DNA from: Lama guanicoe
Lineage: Eukaryota
Direction of reading: 5' to 3'
DNA: 64,000 bases
NCBI GenBank assembly: GCA_013239625.1
Contig: MU053629.1
Location: 4,305,567 to 4,369,566 of the forward strand
Within the stretch, counting starts at the first letter, position 1. Every line of letters begins with the position of its first letter. Below, piece by piece: positions 12,194-25,362 of the stretch. Made by a program: the position numbers and the translations under genes. The notes below the pieces were generated by a model. It saw only the letters and a program-made list of their open reading frames with translations. It made no database searches and was not told the origin of the DNA.

Positions 12194-15134
12194 GAAAATC
12201 TGAGTTTACTTTATCTCTTTAAGAAATCAGCAGTTCTTTTCTGTTTAATTTCTACCTAAAGTTATCATCTTTTATTAATTTTCAATCAACTCCAGAGCAG
12301 CCAGCTGCAGTGTCCCGCATGGAGCATTATGACATGTTCAGGTAAGAAATAAGCAGGAAAAACACATAAATTACTAAAATCAAAGATCCTGCTTTCATGT
12401 AACTGTCTCACAGGAGAAACAAAACAAAACAAAACAAAAAACCCAACTCCTAGATCAAAGTCTATGTTGCATCCAAACCTAACATTTCAAACTTCAAGCA
12501 GGTGGCATAGCAATGTGCCAATAAAAGCACATATGGAAGAAGGCAAACTAAACCACGGAGCGTAGCAAACAATGTAAAAACTGATTTCTGTAAAGGGTAG
12601 GAGGAGCCACCATACGAAATCAGTATTCATTCATGTGCAATTTTTTAAGGTAACAAATTGACTATTTTTTTCTTAAAGGGGGGAAGCACAAAGAGTGAAA
12701 TAACACACTACGTGTTAACGGGGAAAGTCACAAGGAGCGGGGGACCAGTACCCCCCACCAGCATCACCACCAGCCCCTGATACTCCCTAACCTGGGTGTA
12801 TTGATAGAACTGGAATAAAATGTGACTTATGCTTTTTGCAAATCAGTGTCTTCAACTAACATAAAAAAAATTAAACCAAATTAAATGAAAATGTCATATA
12901 CTGAAAACTAACTGCAATTTAGAATATTTGGATCCATTAGGGATGGTTCATTTTATTCACTGATGTCTGAACTACAAGAGAACAAACCAATGTGTACCTC
13001 AGAGCTCTTCAAATTTCAATTACATAATACTGTCTTTGACTTTCAATAGATGAATATATTTACTCAGCATATAGAAAAAAGTTGTTTCTTTCTCTTTTCT
13101 CTAAATTCAGATGAGAACAGAACCAGTAAGTTGGGAAAATGAATTTCACCTTCCAAAGTTTAGGGAGCTGGGTAGGTTTTTGTTCTGTTTTGTTTTCATT
13201 CTTTGTGCTCAATTTGCTTATCAGATTTTTTTATTTTTACCATTTTATGTCTAATCAGATACTTTCAGCGAGGCTGCATATGGACTTTATTATCACATCT
13301 GTGCCACATCAGACTAGCGGGAGAAGACTGAAGATTATCTCATTCCAGTTCTCAGCATCAATATCATAATGTAGAGTTTAATTTAAAAAATGGAAATGTC
13401 TACACTAAGTACAGTTTTTCTCCCTCATCTTTTCTACTTGGTTTCAAATGCTTAACAAGTTCATTCTTTTCCAAATTTAAAACAAAAAGTACTCAAACAC
13501 TGGTGCACAGGCCAAGAGTTTCTGGAGATCAGTTGGTACAACTCACTCACTCCTTAGATACGAAAACTGAGGACCAGAAAAAAGAAACCACTTGCCGAAC
13601 AGGAGCAGAACCAAAAATACAATTCAGGTCACCAGCCTTCGTTCCTACTACACAGTGTCTGAGCTAGATCACACCCAGTGTCTAACAGTCACAAGCTGAA
13701 ACTAACCTACAAGCCTACAGTATCCTCTGCCTTTTCATGAAAACCAAAAATAATAGTTGGAATCAGGGCACCAGAACATAGGAACCCGGGGTACAACTAA
13801 CCCATCAAAAAACTGTCTATGAGTTTCAGGTATTTGTATGTCAAAAGGGAGTCACAGTGATCTTGTAGGAGTTTTTTTGTTTTTTTTTTTGTTTTTTCGC
13901 CAGACAGACTTCCTAGAAAAACCTGCCGTGGTCTCCCTTCTTTGCCCTTCCTTAAACGGAAGTCTGATGTAGTTAAGATGATGCACAAATAAAATCAAGA
14001 GCAGCTTCCCCCTCCTCCTGGAGGATGGTGGCCTGTCTCATTCACACTGCTGGCAGCCACCTGGTGGAGCTGTAATACATCCTTTTTTTTAAGAGACAAA
14101 TACTAGGTGATTGATTGCCGGGTGTGTGACTACAAACTTGGTTTCACAGCTTAGAACAGTTAATTCAAAGCGTTTGGGGATGAGAAGTTAAATGTCAACT
14201 CAGTTCCAGTAGCAAGTATAAACCTTGCCTTCAGTTTTAAATACAAATATAAATCTCTTTCTTTGTTTGAGATACTATTTTACGTAGCCATCAATTCTCC
14301 AGCAACTCCTACTTACTGTTCACTTCCCGGGTAAACTTACTGCCTCCACAGTCCCTCCCTCGTAGCAAGTCAGTGAAGAGATTCAAGAGTTGGAAGAGAG
14401 CCAGAAGCCAAGGACGCACCTCAGTTCAGTGACCCAGCAGCTCCCTCTTCCTGCTCCTCTTGGTTCCTTTATTTTCTTCCCTCAGAAAAAGTGTAAATTT
14501 GGAAAGCAATCGAAAGGAAGGAGGCAAGTAACTTCCTATGGTTCAGAATCAGTACGGCGTAATACTCTCTTTAGAATGAATTAAGAAGACCACTGAGGTT
14601 CCAAGACGAATTCCCAAAACACCGCAGATACCCAATTTCATACACATACACACATACGTGTACCCCTTACCCTCCCCCCTCATCTATCTACCCCAGTCAA
14701 AAAGGACCAAATCAGCACATTCTAAACTCAGAGAACTGATTTTGTCTTAGATTATCTCATACTTCCTAGTAGGAGTAAAGACTTTGAACACCAGTAAAAT
14801 TAATGTACACTTACTTAATCACGACATTCGTCGTGAAGAGATGTTGTCCAGTGGTTAAATCATATTTTCTACGCCCTGAGGGAAGTGATACCTGCTACCT
14901 CAAATCAAGATAATCCTTCTAGAAACCAGCACTTTTCTGAGAATACAGTGGCTTTCATTCTTTCTCACAGATCTGAAGCTGCCTTTACAGCCAGGTATTG
15001 TAACCTCCTACCTGGTACAACTGCCTTTCATGGTATCCACTCTTCTGGGGACGGACAGTTCCTCCCCTTCCCTTTGTGATGGCGGTACCACTAATCAGAG
15101 CAGAAGAGGCCCAGAAGCAGAGACAGCACAGACC

Positions 15135-15327
15135 CGGGGTCAGAGGGACCTGCCTTTGAATGCTGGCCCTCGGTAAGAATGACAAATTAACCTCTTTGTG
15201 TCTTATTTCCTCACCTGCAAAAGGGGACAAGAACACCCCTCAAATGGCTCCTTGCAGATTAAATAAAACCAATGCACATGAAGCACAGGCAGGCGCTGGG
15301 CACAGGGCAGACCCTCAGTAACTGTTC
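15135..15327 (+). mobile_element. MIR
   Basis: Core AAATTAACCTCTTTGTGTCTTATTTCCTCACCTGCAAAAGGGG. Confidence 0.75.
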
Positions 15328-16669
15328 ATTTCCTCCTTTCCAGATCAGTTTCCTGCACACGTGACAGCCCTCCGGACACACACTAAGGAGGGTCAGTGAG
15401 AAGCATTACAACTAGGAAATAATCACCTTCTTTAAGCTGCTCTGGCCCCTCCCTTCCCAAAATATGCCTTCACCACTTTTTCTTTTCCCTTATTCAGGCA
15501 CAGACCGAGACAGGAGAGAAAGCAATTAGGAAAATTAGAGGAGGCAAGCAGAGCAGAGTCTGACGTCAGTTGCAGGGGGAAGTAGGCATTATGAAAGAAA
15601 AGAATTGACCAAAATATGACTAGGAAGAAAACGTGACAGCCAGAGTTTTCATTAAGCAGCAAGGAAAGGCAAAGAGAGAGCTTCAAAACTCACAATGGCT
15701 CCACGTTGCTGCAACCAGTCACCAATTCACAGCCACGACTTCACGAGAATGCCATGTGAGGCGGGTGCTGCTCTGTCCAAGACTCAGGAGCAGTTACTAA
15801 CTGCCAGATTCTTCCCCACGTCCTAGGAGCAGACAGCACTATTGCAGGAAGAAGGGCCTGTGGAGCGTGTGTGGCATTTAAGGTTAAAACCTCGACATTC
15901 GGAGCTGGATCTTCAGAGTCAAATGTCGGGAAATTCTTATTAGTGATTCTCTGAGTAATCAGCCTGCAGCCTCCTGGTTCGACTGCACGCAGTTATCGGT
16001 CTCAGTATATGTGACAGAGCCCTCCGTGGAGCAGGACTCAGTGGCTGAGAAGAGGAGGGGACTGAGTTGAAGCATCCCCTGCTTTAACAGGAGTACAGCA
16101 ATTCTGGTTTGCTTACAACACTTCATTACCTTTTCCTCCCACACCCCTTCTCTCTGGTCCCGCTCTAAATTCACATTTTCACATGCTTCGGGGCTTTTTA
16201 GATCATAGCGGAAAAGTTCTCAAAGTGCAAGCAGAGGAAATCCAATCCCGTCCTCCTCCTTTTCCTCAAGTCCGCTTTCTCCCACTAGCCACCTGGGACT
16301 GGTCACCAGCGCCTCATGTTAAAATAATCAGGGACGGGGGGGGGATGTGGTGGGGAGGGGGGATTCACGGTCTGTTTGCCCTTAGAAGACCTCGTGACAC
16401 AGTGACAGACTACCATGCGCAAAAGAACACAGAGGGAGAAGCTGGCGGGAAGAGGAGGAAGAGTACGCAGATGGGCTTTCTGAGGGCCAAGGAGGAACCA
16501 TCAGCCTCTTAATTCCATGGGCTGCATGCAAAGACCACGTTAGCAATCCCAGTGGCACAGCTGAGGGACAATTTCTGCCCGTATCTCGGGGGGAAAGGAG
16601 GGGTCTTCTTTGAATTTCATTACTATTACCTATTTATTCAAAATTTAAGTTCTAGATATATATCTAAAG

Positions 16670-16868
16670 CAGTAGTTCTTTACCAGGAGGTGAGTTTTGT
16701 CTCCCGGGGGACATGTCAACCTCTGGAGACATTTTTGGTTGTCACAAGTTGGGAGATGCTACCGGCACCTAGTGGGCAGAGGCCGTGAATACAATGCACA
16801 GGACAGCCCCACACAAAAGAGAATTACTCAGCCCAAAATGTGAGCAGTGCTAAGGCTAAGAAACTCTG
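16670..16868. mobile_element. MER20 (hAT-Charlie) DNA transposon
   Basis: CAGTAGTTCT...AGAAACTCTG TIRs, perfect 8-bp TSD ATCTAAAG at 16662-16669 and 16869-16876, GGAGACATTTTTGGTTGTCACA core. Confidence 0.92.
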
Positions 16869-17529
16869 ATCTAAAGCAAAAGAACTTGCGGAACTGACTT
16901 AACTGTATTTATGAAATAAAATAAAAGTTGTGGAATGCAAAGTTGGTTTTAGTCTTTCTCACAGAACTGAAATTTGCCTTATACAGCCAGGCATCATAAC
17001 CTACCACCACAGATATAAATGCCTTTTATTTGCATCTGAGAAAAATCTCTCTCTGATAAAAATCCATCTCAAATGTATTCTTTAATTATTTTAACCATAA
17101 AAATTACCTGGCAATTAATCTTTGATGCTTCGAAAATAATTTATAAGTGGTGGCTTTTCTGGAAGAAAGAACACATAAGCCTAAACAGGACAATTATGAG
17201 ATGAAAATAAGTTTTATATTCAAATGGTAATTTTTCATACACAAATCAGTATTAAGTAATAAAACTTCACAAAAAACGTCAGTGACTTCTCAGGCTGACA
17301 ACAGAATCTGCAGCAGATACTAACATACTCTGAAAGAAGGTAAACATGTCTGAGATGAATTTTCCAAAACAGAGTAAATTTAATGAAGAACATTTATTCT
17401 GTACCTCCTGTATTCAAATACTGAAAATAAGCTTGGTCTGATGTAAAATATCACAAAGCTAACAGATCCAACATCCCAGGATCCAAAAGGTCCTTCAAGA
17501 AGGGCAGAATCATGATTGGACAACACGTA

Positions 17530-18920
17530 GTCAAAGGATCATGGAAAAAGAAAACACTGATAAGTTGGATTTCATCAAAACGTAAAACTTTAGCATTTCA
17601 AATGATACTATCAAGAAAACCAAAATATAAGCCACAGAATGGGAGAAAATATTTGCAAGTTACATATGTGATAAGGGACTTGTATCCAAAACACACAATA
17701 TACTCTTAGAACTCATTAATAAGAAGACAAAACAAATTTTTTAATAGACAAAAGCAAGAGATGGAAACAACCCAAGTGCCAGTCAACTGACGACTGGCTT
17801 AAGAAGACACATACAATGGAATAATACTCAGACATAAAAAAAATTAAATATTGCCATCTGCAGCAACGTGGATGGACTAGGTTAGTGAAGGAAATCAGAC
17901 AGCAAAAGACAAATATTATGTGATATCACTTATATGTGGAATCTAAAAAATAAGGCAAATGAATCTATATACAAAACAGTCACAGAAAGCAAACTTAGAG
18001 TTAGCAAAGGGGAGTGGGGGGAGGGATAAATTAACAGTACGAGATTAACTGATACAAACTACTATACATAAAATAGATAAGCAAAATGGATTTACCGTAT
18101 AGCACAGGAAATTATATTCAGTTATCTTGTAATGGAAAAGATTCTGAAAAAATATATATATAACTGAATCACTCTGTTGTATGTCTGAAACTAACACAAT
18201 ATTGTAATTCAACTATACTTCAATTTTTTTTAAAAATGAGCCAAAGATCTGAATAGACATTTCACCAAAGATGATATAGGAATGGATTATATGCACCTGA
18301 GAAGATTCTCAACATCATTAGCTACCAAGGAAATGCAAGTGAAAACCACAATGAGATACCACTTCATCCCTACTAGAATGGCTATAAATAAAAAATACAG
18401 ACAATACCAAGGGTTGCGAAAAATACGGAGAAGTTGAAATCCTCAAACGTTGCTGATAGGAATGGTAAAACGATATAGCCACTCTGAAAAAGTCTGGCAG
18501 TTTTGTAAAATAGTACAGTAGTTTCTTACAACGCCCATAACAGCACCATTCATAATAGCCAGAAAGTGGAAACAGCCAAATGTCTCTCAAGAGATGATGG
18601 ATAAACAAAATGTGGTCTAGCCATATGATAGATCATCAGTACATGCAACACGGATGAGTCTCAAAAACACCAAGGTAAGTAAAAGAAGCCAGACGCAAGA
18701 GACCCCCTCTTACGTGATTTCTTTTATGTACAATGTCCAGAAAAGGCAACTCTATAGAGAGGGAAAGTACACCAGCGGCTGCCCAGGGCGGGGGGTGGGA
18801 ACGCAGAATGACTGCTAATAGGTAGGTTTCCTTCTAGAACGACAGAAATGGTCTACACTTAAAACCCCCCAGTGGATTGTATGGTATTTAAATTACACCC
18901 CAGTAAAGCTGCTTAAAAAA
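17530..18920 (+). mobile_element. Old L1MB-like 3' portion interrupted by a younger L1 3' end at about 17755-18235
   Basis: ORF2-like sequence stops at ...ATAGACAAAAG and resumes at CCAAAGATCTGAATAGACATTT after an inserted L1 3' end finishing CAACTATACTTCAAT. Confidence 0.82.
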
Positions 18921-20210
18921 GCATGGGAGCTGGGAGATAACGCCCTGGTTTTATGACGAGGTGACTGGGCCACAGGTTTAAGAGACCTAGAATAATGATG
19001 GTACACGTGAAGACCTCAGTAACGATCCGTGGGATGAAAAGTGAACTTGCTTAAAGTCAGATAGCTAGGAAGAGCAGAACTCAGTGCTCAATTCCCACAT
19101 TTCCCCCCAACAAAAGTCCTGAACAGCCCCAGCAGAATTCACCCAGAATGGCCACCCTATTATGTCAGTTTAGCAGTGTGGTTTTTACTACCAAACGGTC
19201 ACGTTTTCCTGCTCTGAGCACACTGATTCTGATCCGGGCACGTTCACACGTTACCCTACCTGTGGGTGGAACCAGCCTGCAGGGCTGTGTGGACAATCCA
19301 ACTCTAAAAAGGCTATTTGTTACTGAACCTAAAACATCGCAAAGGCTCTTTAAGAGTCTCACAACTGTCCTCTCTGTTCTCACCCACCTCAGCCTGGCTT
19401 AGAGGGCTGTCGGGGTATCTGTGTGCCCTGGCTCCGACATAAATATGACGCTGTGTCCGGATTACCACTCTTGCCAGACACATTCAAAACAATTTTCACA
19501 CAGTAACCTTTAAAAAAAATGGTTTTATATCAGATTTCATTATTTACTGTCACTTTTTGTTGAGGAATTATACAGGGCAAAAGGTAGCGAGTTGTTTATA
19601 AACCAAATGACCAAGGCATAGTTTCTAGACGTTTTTACCTCTGGCTACACACAAACAAGCAGTTAGATGGTCCAGAAATAAAGGTCTGAGTCTAGACAGC
19701 ACTCAGAACCCTCTAGGATGACACGATACTCTCTGTATCATACGTGGTTTTGTGCAACGTGGGCTGATGCGCAGTATTTCGCCACTGCTGTCTCTCCTTC
19801 AGCTCTCCACCCTCGTTTATTGGAATGCCATTTGTCGGGAAGACAAAAACCTTATAATCATTTAACTCATCAACCACAGCTAAAGAATGTCTAAGATTTC
19901 AAAGAAATTCTCTATGGATTAAAAAAAAAATTGGGCACCGAGAGAGGCGTTTTCATTTATTATTAACTTGTCATAGTTCATCTACTAAGGCTCCAATTAC
20001 CATGAAAGAAAAAGTGTAAACTTATTTTGAGCCCTATAGTTCTCATTTTGGTAGTAAAATCTTCTAATTTCACCTTGAATGCCTACAGTTCTGTCACCAA
20101 GAAGTCCATCATATTTCACATATATAAAAGAACTAGAATTGAATCTTGGCTCCCCAGCTTTTATGAGCTGAACAACCTTAGAAAACCACAACCTCTTTGA
20201 GCTTTAATTT

Positions 20211-20220
20211 CACTCACTCA

Positions 20221-20257
<37 letters not shown>
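20211..20257. repeat. (CA)n microsatellite
   Basis: Direct reading. Confidence 0.95.
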
Positions 20258-20260
<3 letters not shown>

Positions 20261-21103
20261 AAGACAACACGAATGTGTTAAGTCCCTTTGGGTCTGGAGA
20301 GAATGTAAACTTGTATTTATTCCTTCCCTTATTCTTAGGTTGATGACTTAACATCCCTCTTTTAATAAAGATAAAAATCTTGAGCCTTCTTTTAATATTA
20401 CTTCAAAAATTTGAAATATATTAAGGATCATAGTTAAAAAGAAATCAGAGTTCTTCCCTCACCCCCATTACCGTGTGAAATCACTGCTTTAGTCTGACCA
20501 CTTCATGAATCCCTCTGTGATGACAACTCTAGGCCCTTGTGGTTAAATCTTGCTGCCCAATCTTTCTTCCTTTGAAGAAAATAAAGACTTGGAAATATAC
20601 AATCCCATCAAAGGCAGAGTCCTCCAACCACAACAAAATAAGCAACTTTGCTTAGGCAAAAATTCTTACTTATTCCCAGGGTGAACTAAAAGGCTCCACT
20701 CAGAATACCTCAAGCAGCTACAGAGTAAAGCACATTCAAAGATCCAAGCTCTCATCTCTATCCTGTTGCTCAAGAATGTTGGCTGAGCTGTACAGTAGCC
20801 CCTACTTCTGAAATAACAATGTTCTCCTCAGTAAATTACTTTAAGATCTTCGTGTAAGTACAGGAGTCTGACTGACCCAGAAGCAAAGTCCCAGTCGTAC
20901 AGAAGGATGAACGTTTCCCAAAGCAGCAACGCCATCCTGATGGCTGGCTTTGCCCGTATAATTCCCTGAAGCCTGGTTTACTCATATAACCAAGCTACCT
21001 GGTTCCGCGCTTTTAGAAACCTGAGGACCAGCAATTGCTTCCATGGGTAAACGCATCTGAATTCCAAACACAAAGTGTCAAATTCTCTACTACAAGTGAA
21101 GTG

Positions 21104-21169
21104 TCTACTGCAACTTGAAACTGGGGCTTGACTCTTTCTACCGCAACTTGAAACTGGGGCTTGACTCTT
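21104..21169. repeat. 33-bp tandem duplication, 2 copies, 1 mismatch
   Basis: TCTAC(T/C)GCAACTTGAAACTGGGGCTTGACTCTT at 21104-21136 and 21137-21169. Confidence 0.95.
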
Positions 21170-21328
21170 CAGTTTTCGAAAGAAAAATGTAAGAAAATTT
21201 AAGAAGCATTATATAATGTAACATAAAAATAAGTAAGTGATAACAGAATTTTACATCTAGAAGGGATGTTAGAGATGATCTAGAGCAATCTTTCATTTTT
21301 GATGTTAATTCTATGCAGGAGTGACTTT

Positions 21329-21360
<32 letters not shown>

Positions 21361-21369
21361 TAGATAGAT
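21329..21369. repeat. Compound (TAGA)n(CAGA)n(TAGA)n tetranucleotide repeat
   Basis: Direct reading. Confidence 0.95.
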
Positions 21370-24300
21370 GTAAATATATATATAAATAAAACGTCTCTAC
21401 TTTGAGTCCAGTCGAGAGAAAATAATGCAGACGCTGTCAGCCATGCAAATGCTCATTTTACAATACAGGTCTTGTGGACAGGGATTTCTTTTTTTCTTCA
21501 TTCAGAATTAAGACCTCAACCACTCTAAACGGAAATGCAAGCATATTTTAAAATCTTCTTTTAGAACCAACACCATCACCTTAAATTTAAATAGTTGTCT
21601 GTGACTGCTAAGGAATTCCAACAGGTTTCATTCACACGGTCCGTGCACACGAATCCCGAAGGTGAGCATATGCTCCAGCACTTGTCAGCTGAGCACTTTG
21701 GGCAACCCACCTAGTGCTGCCAAGCCACAGTTTCTCCATTTACAGATGGCGGAAAACCTGACTTCACGAAAGCACAGGGATACAGGGACCAAAATGAATT
21801 ATGCGAAAACATGTTTGGGAAGAGAGCTGACATACATATAAATGCTTGTTATGATTATAATATCTCCAGATCCCCACATTTCACTAAAAGAAAAAAAAGT
21901 CTGCTCCAAATGTTCAGGTATAGAACCTAAACGGCTGATGGTTGCTACGTTAGCATTACACATATTAAAACCAAACGGGATTTTTCTATCTAAGGCTCCT
22001 TCTAGGAAAAGAAGAGTAAGATCTTAAAAGCGAGGTTATCTACATTTTAATATTTTCACAAGTAAAGCACACAATTTCACTACACTCTTCTTGAAGGGAG
22101 GAATGGTATCTTAGTGGTCATTCTGGGTACTGTAACTGGCAAAGAGACCAGCTCTGTTCTTAATATCAGAATATACTTTTTGAGAATGCAAGTAAAATGT
22201 TCATTCATAGAAACATATGTGAGGGCAATCTGGCCTGGGGGTACGAACACTTGCTGTCACACCACATACAGCCTTGCACAAGCATCCTGAGCCTTCACGT
22301 CCCTTTAAAAGGCTACACTGGTAATGCCCCATTTATCTAAAGTCAGACATCTACCCACAATACTGCAGATAAGCCCTCTGAGTGACAAAGATGAAAAATT
22401 TCTTACAAAGTTCACACATACACTTTATCCATAGTAGAGGCCTACTGATTTTTATTTCAAGTTTATGAATAAACTTGGCTTCTTGGTTATGAAATATTTC
22501 CTGCTGTTGGTTAAAAGCGGTAAAATAGATCATAAGTTGAAGGAAAGAGAAACTGGAGAAACCCTAAAGGTTCTTCTTCCTGACATATGGAAGGAAACCA
22601 AACCTTCCCAAAAGGGTAAATTAGACTCAATCCAAAATCTGACTATGGCTTAATGTCACTGAACACTTAAAATCATTCATTATAGTAATCTTTATCTTTT
22701 ATGCCAAAATTAGACTTGATTTGTGATTAATTCAATCTTTAAGATAAAACAGAATGAATGCTCAGCAAATACCACATTCTAAAGCTATCCGTGGTTACCC
22801 TGCCTGTAAACCTGGAAGAAATGACGAAAGCCCTCTTTTATAGTTCACTTTTTCTCACTCAAGTAATCTCTTCACTGGCTGCTCTTATTTTTCACCACAT
22901 CACATGAAGTCACAAAAGAAAGGTCATCGAATTTCAATCACCACAAAAGTTATCCAAGAGGCATTTTATGAATAGAAATAAAGTGGATTATTTTACAGAA
23001 TTAATCTTACTCCCAATCATGCTAATCTACTTCAAAGTACAGTGGTACTGTTCATTAACCACAGGTAATCAGCTCCATCAAGGAAGTGACCTGTCTGCCA
23101 ATTCCGATCCTTAAAGCACATGACAGCCATAAGAAAACTTAAACATCTCTGAGACTGGCTTTGAAAGGACTTTCATATATCAGTTATGCATATAATTCTT
23201 TTGGACAGTTAAATACACCAAGAATCTTAAGAATTCTGAGTAAATATTGATATGTTCACTAGATGTAATATTTGAGGGAAACTAACTTATGATGTAATGG
23301 TAAATGAAAAACAGCAAGAGAAAAATTATTTATGAAATATTGTATGTCAGATATACAAATATATTTGATATATTTATGCAAATATTTAAGATACAGTATT
23401 TTAAATTTTTAAATATAACATTAAAATATGTTAAATTATGTTGTTATATGTAACAAAAATACAATATATTAAAATATAGTAATATATTTTAAAGTTATAT
23501 ATTAAAAATCAGGATAAAAATTACATATGAAATGCAGTTACGAAGTTTTAAAAACCTACACCTTGGAAAAAAAAGCTGGAAGGAAATGCACAGAAATGTT
23601 AACACAGTATTTGTGCTTGGCTGATAAGACCAGGGCCAACATCTTCTTTTCTCCATATGTTAAATTCTACTTAATGGAGTATGCACTACTTTTACAATGA
23701 AACAACAACAAAAAAAAAAAAAAAAAAAAAAAGAGAAAGGGGCACTGCTCAGAGGTAAGAAATGACATAATCAGAGCACTTGGTAAGTGTTGCAAGTAAC
23801 TTTTACCCTGGCAAGGAACTTTTTAAGTGATCACAAATGATAACTAAGTTATAGAGTATTTGTGCCGGAGGGACATCCTGCCTAACTGTCATTTGAAAAA
23901 ATGACAGGGAGAAGTTACAGTTTCCATGATGCTTTACAGTTTACAAAATGCTTTCAAAACGTCACATCGCCTATCCTTCAAAGAATCCTGTGAGATAGGT
24001 TCATGTGACCCACTTTCAGGATTGGGAAACTGAGGGCTTAGAGAGACAATGTGCTTCAGTAACAGTATGTACCACTTATCGACTGTTTACTCTGGGTTAA
24101 GCACAACAATCCTGTGAAAATTATCACCATTTCTCAGATAAGAAAACTAAAGGGCAGAGGTTAAGTGTGCTTACTACGTTACAGCTGAGCATCCCAGCTC
24201 TGACTCAAAGCCACGCATTTAAAACAGGAGTCCCGAGTTACAATCAACTTCGTAGAGTCCTTTAGTGGAGGAGTTGAGCCTATGACTCAGTCCTATTCTC

Positions 24301-24972
24301 TGTCTTCTACGCTGGTCTCCTCGCCCGCCTATGGTTCTTTCAAGAGTTACTTCGTTTGAGGTAATCTTAACCTTCATTTGCAACCACGATGAAGGTCCAG
24401 AGTCAGAGAGACTGGGCCCAGTAATAACCAAAAACTCGCTGACGGAGGGCGTAGCCTCAGGAGGAAGGCACGGCTGTGAATAACTGCGGGGTGGAGGGTA
24501 CAAGGCTAACTTAGCCTTTTAGTACACACATCGAGGGGTGGCCAAGAACCACACTCTTCACTTCAGGAGCAGGGCTGGGAACATAAACCACGATTCCTGC
24601 ACCTGACACTCGCGGGCCTCCGTACAGTTTCCAGAGCGCCTTTTCGGTTCACCTCAAAGGTTGCCCACAACGAGCCCCGGGCTGGGTGGAGGAGCGATTA
24701 GTCCCACTTTACAGAACATGCTGGAAGAAACGCAACGGTGGGCCGAGAAACCAGAGAAGCAACGAGTGTAGGAGCTAGGGGTGGACACCCGGGGGACTGG
24801 GCACCTCGACCGCGTGTGCGGGGCACCCCAGGGGCCTCGGACCACCACCGAGAGAAGAGTCCGGGGCCCGCGGCGGGGACAGAGGCCCCGACGGAGGCGG
24901 CGGTGCTGGGACTGTCGCCCGCCGAGGCTCGGAGCGGGGCTTGGAGGTGGGCCCGGACGCCTCGCTACTCAC

Positions 24973-25045
24973 GTTGGACCAGCCGGTCTGCGGAGAAGGT
25001 GGAGGAGCAGCTGGTGACAAGCGCGCAGGGGACGCCAGCAGCCAT
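24973..25045 (-). CDS. AAGAB: AAGAB coding exon 1 (MAAGVPCALVTSCSSTFSADRLVQ + 1 nt), 73 nt
   Basis: ATG at 25045 (GCGATGG context); peptide matches the N-terminus of alpha/gamma-adaptin-binding protein p34; ends at donor C|GTGAGT, phase 1. Confidence 0.97.
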
Positions 25046-25218
25046 CGCTGCACCCGCGAGCCGGTTCCGTCCGGGCGCCGCTTCCGCCTTGGGCGGCACC
25101 ACGGCCGCCGGCGCGCGGGGGAGACGCGCAGGGCAGGCGCGTCCTCGGAAGGCACGGCCGGCCCCGCCCCCGCCCCCTCTTCCGCTCCCGGCGTGGACCA
25201 GGCCGCGCTGCGCGTGGG

Positions 25219-25232
25219 GTTGCCATGGCAAC
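25219..25232. promoter_or_regulatory. RFX X-box, perfect palindrome GTTGCCATGGCAAC
   Basis: Exact match to the RFX consensus GTYNCC-AT-GGNAAC, between the two start codons. Confidence 0.9.
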
Positions 25233-25311
25233 GAGCTCGCTGCGCGGAGGGTTTCCGAGCCTAGAGACCGCGCCTGCGAGGAAAGGCGGGGAGCCCCGCC
25301 CGGCCCCAGGC

Positions 25312-25362
25312 ATGGCCCAGGAGACGGAAAACCACGACCCCATCGGATCCATCTTAATCCAG
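25312..25362 (+). CDS. IQCH: IQCH coding exon 1 (MAQETENHDPIGSILIQ), 51 nt
   Basis: GGCATGG Kozak context, CAG|GTGGGA donor; peptide matches the IQCH N-terminus; known head-to-head synteny with AAGAB. Confidence 0.94.

Noticed and set aside
16331..16363. G-rich tract with G-quadruplex potential
   Set aside because: Deep intronic simple G runs with no supporting functional context
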